Source: Octopus sinensis (Eukaryota). From it: a stretch of 9,011 bases of DNA. The notes under the pieces are model-generated. The model was given only the letters and a program-made list of their open reading frames with translations, had not been told where the DNA came from and made no database searches. The position numbers and the translations under genes are program-made. Positions 1 through 7,941 of the stretch are shown here, in pieces (the first letter of the stretch is position 1; the number at the start of each line of letters is the position of its first letter). Where the stretch lies: NCBI RefSeq assembly GCF_006345805.1, contig NW_021828148.1, positions 1-9,011 on the forward strand. The letters are read 5' to 3'.

Positions 1-135
1 CCAGAATGTACATTACATCTCACTCAGACGAGAAGCCAGTACGTTGTAGTGTTAAACCGTAGCTGTTACTATTTTCAGTTTTGCTGAATGGCATGAAATA
101 ACGGGTAATGATACGTGTTTTGCATGAACCGATCG

Positions 136-207
136 TGCCCAGTCTCGAAAGTGAGACCACCACCCAACGAACTGAAGTCCAACCCTCTTCCGACTAAGCT
201 ATAATGC
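136..207 (-). pseudogene. tRNA-like sequence (degenerate tRNA or head of an old tRNA-derived SINE)
   Basis: Reverse complement reads GCATTA-TAGCTTAGTCGG-AAGAGGGTTGGACTTCAGTTC...GGGTGGTGG...GAGACTGGGCA. The A box (TRGCNNAGYNGG) is good and the D-arm/anticodon region resembles tRNA-Lys/Phe by eye. The anticodon stem does not pair and the B box is disrupted, so it is not a functional tRNA. Confidence 0.35.
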
Positions 208-639
208 TTCGCATATAATTATAAACATATGTTCTGTTGTTATTTAAAGTAAAATACCATTAATGTAAATAAAACTCTCCTTTAAAACAACTGGATTTCT
301 TATTGAAAAAAAAAAACAATAAATAAACAGTTTTTGTAGAAAATAAACGGTATTTGAAACTAATGTGTGAAGACAAATTTACACCACGAAGTCGTTCTCA
401 TCATACATCCGAATATTACGTTCCCACGTTGAGCACGCACTCACACAATACACAATCGTAAGATACTGTTTTCGAAGGTACATCAATTTTGTTGACTACT
501 TAAAGTTCCACTTGTTCTGAGGTAACTATCCTTTGTAACACATGGGCTTCAACCCTGACCAATCATAGACATCTAAGCAAAAAAATGAAACTAGTCTTAA
601 AACACGATCCCCCATATCTTTCGTAGAAACATAACTCAT

Positions 640-2430
640 AATCCTATAACATCCAAATGTTTTTCTTGTGGCTGCGCTGCAGCAGCTCAGGAAAAGAACG
701 TGGCCTACTACATTTGAGAAAGAAAAAAAAATTTAGAAAGCGAACAACTTTTACCCACCACCATAACTCTTCCAAGACCATCGTTCGAATCCATTTCATA
801 AATCACCCATCCCATTAGGTCTTACATCCTTCAAACAGCAAGCAGCTTTTCTGTCACTTCTCCGTTGTTGAAAAACTCAACTCAACTAAATCCTCCTTTA
901 CTCCTTTTCTCCGAACAATTGTTGGTCTGTAAACAGCGCCACAACAGAAAAATTCTCCTTATTTGCTGCCCACGTTGCGTCCAACTCCACATGGCACACA
1001 GAAGGTAAACCTCACGCAGATATTCCTCTCGATTTATCCTCATTTGCCTCTTCACACCAAATGCGAAACATTTTCGCTCTTTACTCAACAAAATCATCAG
1101 CCCTGACCAATATCCCTTCAATAACCCCCAAACATTAGGCCTAAAACTAACTCCTATTATCATCAAGCCTTTCAATCACAATCGCTCTCCACCCTTACAC
1201 TTTCTCTTTCACTCACTTAAGAAGCCCATTTCCACCTTTGGAAATACATTGCCCCATTTCTAAGACATATATTACGTCTGACCCTATGAACTTCCGCCCT
1301 ATTGCTCTTACTCCTAATATCTCAAAGCTGATGTAGACAATCATTAAGCGACACATTCTCCAACAGCTTGAATCTCTCTCGCTCTTTAATTACCAGCAAT
1401 ACGACTTCTATAAAATCTGTTCCTCTTGTAGACTCTTATGTCACTAAATAGTAGAAAATTTAGTGAACGTGGTACCTGGTATCGAGAAAGAATTTCACTC
1501 GCCTCTGGCATGCATTTACCATCTCTTTGTCATCTGTTCAAGCACTACTATCACAGCATGTGCTAATGGATATATATCCGTCATACAGACTATCAACTCT
1601 GGTGTGGTCCACGGTTCGGTTATAGCACCCACATTCCTCTTCCAATACTTCTCCAACAACACCCACTGATAAACAGATGATGAAATCCTTTACTTCCACC
1701 AAAATTTCTGTGCTTATTTCTCATGTATATGAAGCTCAGAAACAGCGTGCTAAACCTTCACCGAATCTATTATCGGAGACCTTGAAAACATCCCAAAAAA
1801 GAGTAACATCAATTTTTATGATGTGTATGCAACTAGTATACACATCATAAATACTATGTTGGATCCTCAACTCTTAAACATAATACAAAACAAAATTACT
1901 TCAAAAAAAGTGGATTGTCTTCTTCAGGAAATACTTTAGATCTAAAAAGCAACTAACCATATACAAAATTTAATTGGGATACACAGCAGAATACTGCACC
2001 TACAGTTGGAACAGATCTTTTACCATGAATAAGTATATATCCTAGAAAATATTCTGAAAACGGACACCCAGAAAGATAGGCATGGAGTCGGTCCTGAAAA
2101 GACTTCATCCGCAGGCCAAAAAGTGCAACTTCTTAATGGTTTTCTAACACAACTCTAGTGACTTCAGCTTCTTGACGCTGGCTTATCATGGCAATTCTAA
2201 TTTAGATCTCTCAACTCATACGTCCATCTATTTTCGTCATTTATATTGTACCCAGTACGTAACTCCTGCATTTTGCCTCCCGCCAAACGTTGTTCCTCTT
2301 GGTATTCTCTTACTGCATCTCTTGTAGCTATTCAGCAGCAACTTAACCATCACGATCACATGTCACAGGTTCTTCCTTGTGACAAAGGGACAGGAGACGA
2401 AAGACCTTAATTTACGAATGAAACAATAAA
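640..2430 (+). mobile_element. Degenerate non-LTR retrotransposon (LINE, CR1/L2 group in the broad sense): ORF2 linker, RT, C-terminus and 3' UTR
   Basis: Collinear ORF2 motifs on the + strand, broken by stops and frameshifts: CFSCGCAAAAQEKNVAY (658, PWF...C...KN.AY linker); EKFSLFAAHVASNST (947-991, KA.LFA..FASNST); PISK...SDPMNFRPIALTPNISKLM*TII...QQYDF (1253-1408, RT domains 1-2); NGYISVIQTINSGVVHGSVIAPTF (about 1565-1636, GVPQGSV.APTLF); *TDD (1670-1681, YADD); RKYFRSKKQLTIYK...EYCTYSW (1926-2009); WYSL (2300, WNSLP). The 5' boundary is uncertain and may extend to about 380. Confidence 0.9.
1253..1700 (+). pseudogene. Reverse transcriptase domain remnant of the LINE (includes track ORF 1463..1669)
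   Basis: One frame carries DPMNFRPIALT, QYDF, GVVHGSVIAPT and TDD with internal stops at 1334, 1445, 1667 and 1670. The LD.SKAFD motif is missing. Confidence 0.88.
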
Positions 2431-2499
2431 CATATGAGTATATTTGAGTTTCTGTGTTTGACTGTGTGTTCTTGTATCTGCGTAAATGTTTTCTTATTT

Positions 2500-2722
2500 C
2501 TTTTTCTATATTAATATATACGTTTTATATATATCTATAAATATATGTACACAAACCCACCCAACCACACACACACACACACACACAGGCATATGCACAT
2601 ACACTTATACTCTCATAACTACAACTTTTATATTTTTATATATTTTTTATCTATCTTCTGCCAACACACACACACATATGTATTAATTATATATTATATA
2701 TATATATATTATATATATACAT

Positions 2723-2766
<44 letters not shown>

Positions 2767-2791
2767 TATATATATATACATATATATAATA

Positions 2792-2836
<45 letters not shown>

Positions 2837-2884
2837 TATACACTATATATATATATGTATATATATATATTTTTTTCTATTTAC

Positions 2885-2958
<74 letters not shown>

Positions 2959-3010
2959 CCTATATATCTATCTATCTGTCAGTCTCTGCATGTATGTATA
3001 TCTACATGTA
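2500..3010. repeat. Compound microsatellite: (CA)n, imperfect (TA)n, (TATC)n
   Basis: (CA)n about 2566-2587, imperfect (TA)n about 2680-2870, (TATC)n about 2878-2976, read directly from the sequence. Confidence 0.97.
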
Positions 3011-3340
3011 TATATAGCATAGTATTTTTGTAAAGCGTTTAAGCGTGTGTGCTGTTTAAGGAATCCGGAATTCTTGCAGCCTGCATCCAGCTTTACAACC
3101 AGCACCGATCGTAACACAACTGCCCTGTCACCACCACCGACATTAGCAAAGTCTTGTATCTTCTCATTCTCTACACACACATTCCACTATTGATGCTGTG
3201 TACGTGTGTTTGGTGTGCAGTAGTTATTACAGATCTACACCAGCAAACATATCGAGCAGCCAACACATTCATCGTCTCTTCATTTTAACATTGATATTAT
3301 ATAGAGGGGATTCCGGATAATTTTTTATAGTTCCTCGTGC

Positions 3341-3436
<96 letters not shown>

Positions 3437-3748
3437 GCATACACACACACACAGAGACATACTGTAAAAACATAGGCATACACACATATAACACGAGCAC
3501 ATGAACACAGATGCACTTACATTCTCACATATATTCCTGCGTGCACATACACACAAATACGTAGATACACAAACATATACACCAGCACACACACACACAC
3601 ACACGCACACACAGAGATATGCACACGAATATATGTATAACTCTCTCCCCCTCTTTCTCTTTATATATGTATATACACATATTCTTCCATCCCTCCAAAC
3701 CCGCTTATATGCACACACAATATATATACACATTTACATACACACACA

Positions 3749-3783
<35 letters not shown>

Positions 3784-3927
3784 AACATACATATATATAT
3801 GTATATATATATATATATTATATATATTATATATATATATACATACATACACACATACATATTGATATTTATATATACATATATATACTCACACACACAT
3901 GCACACATATAGACAGACAGATAAACC

Positions 3928-3961
<34 letters not shown>

Positions 3962-3964
3962 GAT
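3341..3964. repeat. Compound microsatellite: (TGTC)n-(TATC)n, CA/TA mosaic, (GATA)n
   Basis: (TGTC)4 followed by near-perfect (TATC)n at 3341-3436, CA/TA mosaic 3437-3910, (GATA)n 3928-3964. Confidence 0.97.
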
Positions 3965-4199
3965 CATGTCCAGTTCTTTGTAGATTTGACAATAAGATGG
4001 CCAAGAAAGTATGTATATAAATCTTCGCGTCTATAAAGGCAACTAAGACAATTAACGAAAAAGTGATAATTGCCCTTAGGTCATACTCACGCAAGAGTGA
4101 AGGCTATGTTTCACTACTTATCTAAATTCACACACATATACACATACGCACTTAGACACATGCACACACATACATACACACGCACACATCTGTAACAAA

Positions 4200-4785
4200 T
4201 GTCGTTAAGAAGCTTGCTCTCCAACCACATGGTTCCAGGTTTAGCCCCACTGCGTAGCACCTTGACCAAGTGTCTTCTATTATTGCTACGGGCCGACTAA
4301 AGCCTTTTGAATGGATTCGGTAGACGGAAAATGAAAGAAGCCCATTGTATGTACATATATATATATATATATATCAGCCGAAATTGCGAGGATGATCCAG
4401 TTCTTGACTAAAGATTAGAGGCTTCGAATGACCCGTCCGTTTTTTGTGTCGTCTATTTGAATGTTTTGCGTTCTTGTCCCATTTTGTATTTTTATATATT
4501 TTTTATACACACACACACAAACACACACATATATATATATATGTACATTTATATGTGTGTGTATTTGTGTATTAGTGTTTGTGTCCCACTCCACCATCGC
4601 TTGACAAACGATTTTGGTGTGTTAACGTCACTGTAAATTGGCGGTTCTGCAAAAAGGGGTTGATAGAATAAGTACTAGGCTTACAAAGAATAAGTCCTGG
4701 GGTCGACTTGTACGACTAAACCCTCTTAAGGTGGTACTCCAGCATGACCGCAGTCACACAACTAAAGGAAATTAAAAAATAAAAG
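4200..4785 (+). mobile_element. tRNA-derived SINE, family A (octopus-type, CORE-like motif, internal microsatellite), interrupted by a nested insert
   Basis: 5' part 4200-4350 has a partial A box, a degenerate B box (GGTTTAGCCCC, 4238-4248) and ACCTTGACCAAG (4259), similar to the CORE-SINE motif ACCTTGGGCAAG. After TA/CA repeats the 3' part resumes at about 4545-4785 (CATCGCTTGACAAACG...AATAAGTCCTGGGGTCGAC...CTCCAGCATGACCGCAGTC) and ends in an A-rich tail. The family is recognised from memory of octopus repeats, not from a database search. Confidence 0.8.
4375..4505. mobile_element. Unclassified fragment inserted in the internal microsatellite of SINE A
   Basis: About 130 bp of non-repetitive sequence (CAGCCGAAATTGCGAGGATGATCC...T-rich end) between (TA)n and (CA)n, separating the two halves of the SINE. 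Confidence 0.5.

Positions 4786-4846
<61 letters not shown>
4786..4846. repeat. (TA)n-(TG)n-(TA)n microsatellite
   Basis: Read directly, immediately after the SINE A tail. Confidence 0.97.
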
Positions 4847-4905
4847 CATTATTTCGGTGAAACTTATTGCAATAAAATGTTCCCTGATGATTCGTTCTAA
4901 TTAAG

Positions 4906-4982
4906 CATTCAAACGCACTTGGAACATCCAGTCCAGGTTTCAAAGCAACATCAATGGTGAACCATGCGTAGGAGATAATCAC
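4906..4982 (+). CDS. Candidate internal exon of an unidentified gene (xFKRTWNIQSRFQSNINGEPCVGDNH)
   Basis: Branch-like CTGAT at 4884-4888, acceptor TTAAG| at 4905, donor CAC|GTACGT at 4983. Only one frame is open (phase 1 in, phase 0 out), which matches the 5250 acceptor. No homology recognised. Confidence 0.3.
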
Positions 4983-5249
4983 GTACGTTTGTGTTTGTCG
5001 TAATTTCTCCCTTACATATGCTTAATATCTTATAAGTAGTCTCAGTATATTAAGTATTGTTTTTCATTAACTGTTATACTGGAAGCTGGCTGTATATACA
5101 TAATCTACGTGGAGCTGTAACGTAGTAAATCTATGTATACACACAAGTACATACACACACAAAAATACATTGGTAACAGCTAGAAAGATATATAGATAGA
5201 CAGGTAGATATGTATATACGTGGGCGTTTGTTTGTGTGTGTGGTTCTAG

Positions 5250-5422
5250 AAGCAGAAAAAATTGTACTCAATTCATGGAAAAGAGTATTCCATATATTTT
5301 CTTTGCAAAGGAATTGCAGCATCTCGCTGCTCCACAATTTCGTTCCATTATTCTTCTTATAAGCAAATATATAGTAATCTTAAGGATAATACGTCACTAC
5401 AAGTTGACTGGAAAATGAATAT
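5250..5422 (+). CDS. Candidate internal exon (KQKKLYSIHGKEYSIYFLCKGIAASRCSTISFHYSSYKQIYSNLKDNTSLQVDWKMN); alternative start at 5311
   Basis: Consensus donor AT|GTAAGT at 5423 and 57 open codons back to acceptor TTCTAG| (5249, phase 0). An alternative acceptor TTTTCTTTGCAAAG| lies at 5310 (phase 1). The exon ends in phase 2, compatible with the 6688 acceptor. It could also be a non-coding exon. Confidence 0.45.
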
Positions 5423-5635
5423 GTAAGTAAGTAGATCAGTCTAATTAATTTTGAATCATTAGTTTTGAGTGAGAATTTTAAGTTTCACTTAATGGCTTCT
5501 TCATCCACACTGTCAAGCAGTAAATTTTCCAATATCCTTCTATCATCAATAATGTAGTTTTAATGATTAACATTATTAAAATTTTTACAAATAATATAGT
5601 CCTTATTGCAAGTATTTGGTTATGATGGATAACGA

Positions 5636-5854
5636 TTATTATTCTTTTCTACTCTAGGCACAAGACCCGAAATTTTGCGGGAGGGAGCCAGTCAATAAGA
5701 TCGACTCAGGTACGCAACGGGTACTTAATTTATCGACGCTTAAAGGATGTAAGGCAAAGTTGACCTCGGAGGAATTTAAACTCGGAACGTAAAGACAGAC
5801 GAAATGCCGCTAAGCACTTCGCCGGCGTGCTAACGTTCTGCCAGCTCGCTGCCT
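5636..5854 (-). mobile_element. tRNA-derived SINE, family B, full-length monomer (copy 1)
   Basis: Reverse complement begins GGCAGCGAGCTGGCAGAACGTTAG (A box), has a B-box-like GAGTTTAAATTCC and the core TTTGCCTTACATCC...GTCGATAAATTAAGTAC, and ends in an (ATA)n tail. About 80-85% identical to 5945-6090 by hand alignment. Confidence 0.9.
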
Positions 5855-5944
5855 TATTTTAGTCATAAATATTACTAGAATATATGTTATTATTGGAGGT
5901 GGTAGTTTTGCTAATATTCATGTTATTATTAATAGCATCATTAA

Positions 5945-6336
5945 GCTGGCAGAATTGTTAACGCGCCGGGCGAAATGCTTAGCGGTATTTTGTCTGTCTT
6001 TCCGTTGTGAGTTCTAATTCCGCCGAGGTCGACTTTGCCTTTCATCCTTTCGGGGTCGATAAATTAAGTACCAGTTACGCACTGGGGTCGATGTAAACGA
6101 CTTAATACCTATGTCTGTCCTTGTTTGTCCCCTCTATGTTTATCCCCTTGTGGGTAGTAAAGAAATAGGTATTTCGCCCATTGCTACTTTCTGAGTTCAA
6201 ATTCCGTCGAAGTCAACTTTGCCTTTCATCCATTCGAGGCCGATTGAATAAGTATCAGTTATGCATTGGGGTCGATCTAATCGTCTTAATCCTCTCCCAC
6301 AAGCTGCCCTTGTGGCAAAAATTTGAAACCATTATA
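5945..6336 (+). mobile_element. Dimeric family B SINE (monomer 5945-6167 plus 5'-truncated monomer 6168-6336) bounded by a 14-bp target-site duplication
   Basis: A box TGGCAGAATTG at about 5947, B boxes at 6011-6021 and 6195-6205. The core CTTTGCCTTTCATCC...GGGGTCGAT occurs in both monomers. AATAGCATCATTAA lies at 5931-5944 and again at 6337-6350. Confidence 0.9.
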
Positions 6337-6396
6337 AATAGCATCATTAAATTATTGGATCGGTAATATTTTTGGAACGATTTGATGTGTTTTTCA

Positions 6397-6450
6397 AATC
6401 CTGTGGCGGGCAACTTTGCTTTCCATCCAACCGAGATCTATATAATAAAG
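6397..6450 (+). mobile_element. Highly diverged family B SINE core fragment (copy 4)
   Basis: GTTTTTCAAATCC...CAACTTTGCTTTCCATCCAACCGAGATCTATATAATAA aligns by eye to GTTCAAATTCC...CGACTTTGCCTTTCATCCTTTCGGGGTCGATAAATTAA. Confidence 0.55.
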
Positions 6451-6505
6451 AAACAATGAAGACTTACAATCAATGCTACAGGCTAATTCTCTCCCCTCAG
6501 AATTG

Positions 6506-6565
6506 ATGAACGTTGGGTCTAAATCAGACATGTTTATTAGTTGTGTCTTTGTTGCAATTACTCTG
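6506..6565 (+). CDS. Candidate first coding exon with a signal-peptide-like stretch (MNVGSKSDMFISCVFVAITL); exon would begin at 6501
   Basis: Strong acceptor GCTAAT-TCTCTCCCCTCAG| at 6500, ATGs at 6506 and 6530, donor CTG|GTTCGT at 6566 (phase 0), compatible with the acceptor at 6643. If spliced from 5422 instead, the frame reads IIDERWV then stop. Confidence 0.3.
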
Positions 6566-6687
6566 GTTCGTAATTATTTTTGCTCTCATTTTCATATAAG
6601 CATCAATTCTCCGTGTACTATGACATTCTGTATAATAACATAGGAAGCTCGATTCATCAGAGCTCCCTCCCTTTTCCCGAATAACAG

Positions 6688-6751
6688 ATGTAAAGCTAAG
6701 TGCGATAAATGTTTTCAAAAACTTCTGAGCAATGAATGCAAAGCCAAATAT
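6688..6751 (+). CDS. Candidate Cys-rich exon (CKAKCDKCFQKLLSNECKAKY); alternative start at 6644 adds EARFIRAPSLFPNNR
   Basis: Acceptor CTCCCTCCCTTTTCCCGAATAACAG| at 6687 (phase 2, matches the 5423 donor) or CATAG| at 6643 (phase 0). Donor AT|GTAAGA at 6752, phase 0 out. Four Cys in 21 codons with CxxxCxxC spacing. Confidence 0.45.
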
Positions 6752-7018
6752 GTAAGAGGAATGAAAATAATGGGAAATGATTACCTTATACGCATATAAA
6801 TTTTCAGTAAAAGTTTCTCTTTTCAAATTGAAAAAAAAAGCATTCTAGAAATTTAGATACACTCCTTTTCTTTCTTTACTATTTACTTTCTTTTGTCTTA
6901 AAAGAGAAGCTTTCCTAAAACATAGGGTCTGCTTAAAGATTTATAAAATATATTTTTGTAGACATTTGTCTCATTTACACATGTTGCACTGCTTCAACAA
7001 GCAAATTACTCTACTCTT

Positions 7019-7023
7019 TATAT

Positions 7024-7070
<47 letters not shown>

Positions 7071-7265
7071 CAATATGTATGTATATATATATGCACAGAC
7101 ATTTAATACAAATGCACACACACAATATATATAAATATGTTGTATATATGTGTATATATATATATATATATATGAATGTATGTATGTATATATATGTATA
7201 TTTATATATATACACAGATACATATATATTATATATACATACATATATAATATTAATATATATAT
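7019..7265. repeat. Imperfect (TA)n/(CA)n microsatellite
   Basis: Read directly; it accounts for four track ORFs. Confidence 0.97.
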
Positions 7266-7519
7266 GAAAAGTTTTGGTATCCAGAAAAGACCCAAAATGC
7301 AGTTCAGGCTATGCAAGTGTTACGGAAGGACCTCTTTGAGATTTCTAGTTCGAAAATGATATGAGTGAGGAGTCTAAGACATGGATCTGTACACTATCTA
7401 TTCGTAATAACAATCTATGAACTGTCGGAATTTACATATCATGGGCAAGAATCTACACATTCTACACAACACATTCCTTGGATAATGAAACTGCAATTGT
7501 AACATCCAACATATAACTT

Positions 7520-7706
7520 TATTTTCGTTCTCATGTTTCCCTTTATACTTCCTATATTTATCCAAAATAACTTCATATAGTGAGCTGTACTATTTCCTTC
7601 TATTAAACTCTAACTCTCTCCTATCCGCTCGGATGATGGGATATCCGTTATATCTCCGAAACAGCTGTAAGACTACCTTTGTTGTTTCATTTTATTTAAC
7701 ATAGAC
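7520..7706 (+). mobile_element. Probable Penelope-like element terminal remnant carrying a hammerhead-like motif
   Basis: A pyrimidine-rich stretch leads into the hammerhead-like motif at 7627-7673 and a T-rich tail that runs into (TA)n. The Penelope assignment is inferred from the known association of minimal type I hammerheads with these elements. No convincing RT or GIY-YIG protein match was seen. Confidence 0.45.
7627..7673 (+). ncRNA. Minimal type I hammerhead ribozyme-like motif (one core mismatch)
   Basis: CGGATGA (7630-7636, consensus CUGAUGA), stem II GGGATAT/ATATCTC (7638-7644/7650-7656), GAAA (7658-7661), C-AGCT-GTA with palindromic ACAGCTGT, GUA cleavage triplet 7667-7669. Stem I is only 2 bp in this copy. 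Confidence 0.6.
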
Positions 7707-7736
7707 TATATATATATATATATATATATATTTACA

Positions 7737-7935
7737 CATCATCATCATGGATTGGCTTCGCGAACGAAGATTAGTAAGGTTGTCCACGTCGTCTGCATGC
7801 ACGCTCATATCTGACAAGTCCGATACGGGAAAGGCAGATCCACGAGCAGTGTCCACAGGCGAAGGCAACATCCGGTGTGGTGTCAGAGGCGGTTCGCGCC
7901 TTCCTCCTGCGTCTGTTGTCTTTAAACGCGTCTCT

Positions 7936-7941
<6 letters not shown>
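7737..7941 (-). mobile_element. RTE-clade LINE 3' end, 5'-truncated, with (GAT)n tail
   Basis: Minus-strand 7938-7771 translates as RRDAFKDNRRRRKARTASDTTPDVAFACGHCSWICLSRIGLVRYERACRRRGQPY*, matching the RTE/BovB C-terminus (KR.RRK...F.C..C.R.C.SRIGL.SH.R.C). A short 3' UTR and ATGATGATG tail (7737-7748) follow. Confidence 0.9.

Noticed and set aside
655-700. KCFSCG resembling a gag zinc knuckle
   Set aside because: No His or final Cys. Its position and following residues fit the PWF...C...KN.AY linker of LINE ORF2.
882-1175. 97-aa minus-strand ORF
   Set aside because: It is antisense to the LINE ORF2 remnant, whose motifs are on the plus strand.
2878-3964. Oppositely oriented (TATC)n and (GATA)n arrays as a terminal inverted repeat
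   Set aside because: The flanking sub-repeats are not mirror-ordered and these arrays are very common in this kind of genome.
3984-4008. 25-nt micro-exon candidate (TTCTTTGTAG|...ATGGCCAAGAAA|GTATGT) with a good start context
   Set aside because: Too short to distinguish from chance, and its phase does not fit the 4906 exon. It would fit 5250 only if 4906-4982 is skipped.
2486-4094. Track ORFs rich in YI/HT/CV/LSIY (also 7018-7359, 8170-8379, 8825-9007)
   Set aside because: They are translations of TA, CA and TATC microsatellites, which lack stop codons in several frames.
4883-4916. CTGATGA...AAAC as a third hammerhead
   Set aside because: No GAAA and no pairable stem II. CTGAT is better explained as a possible branch point.
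6468-6844. Minus-strand exon candidates (6785-6844, 6562-6724, 6468-6518) overlapping track ORF 6524..6826
   Set aside because: Joining them needs introns of 60 and 43 nt, and no compatible minus-strand exons were found elsewhere. Not fully excluded, and it shows how easily splice signals arise by chance here.
7265-7520. Minus-strand ECVDSCP (furin-like repeat look) and plus-strand WIMKL..HP (GIY-YIG C-terminus look)
   Set aside because: Both are short matches surrounded by stops, with no supporting motifs.
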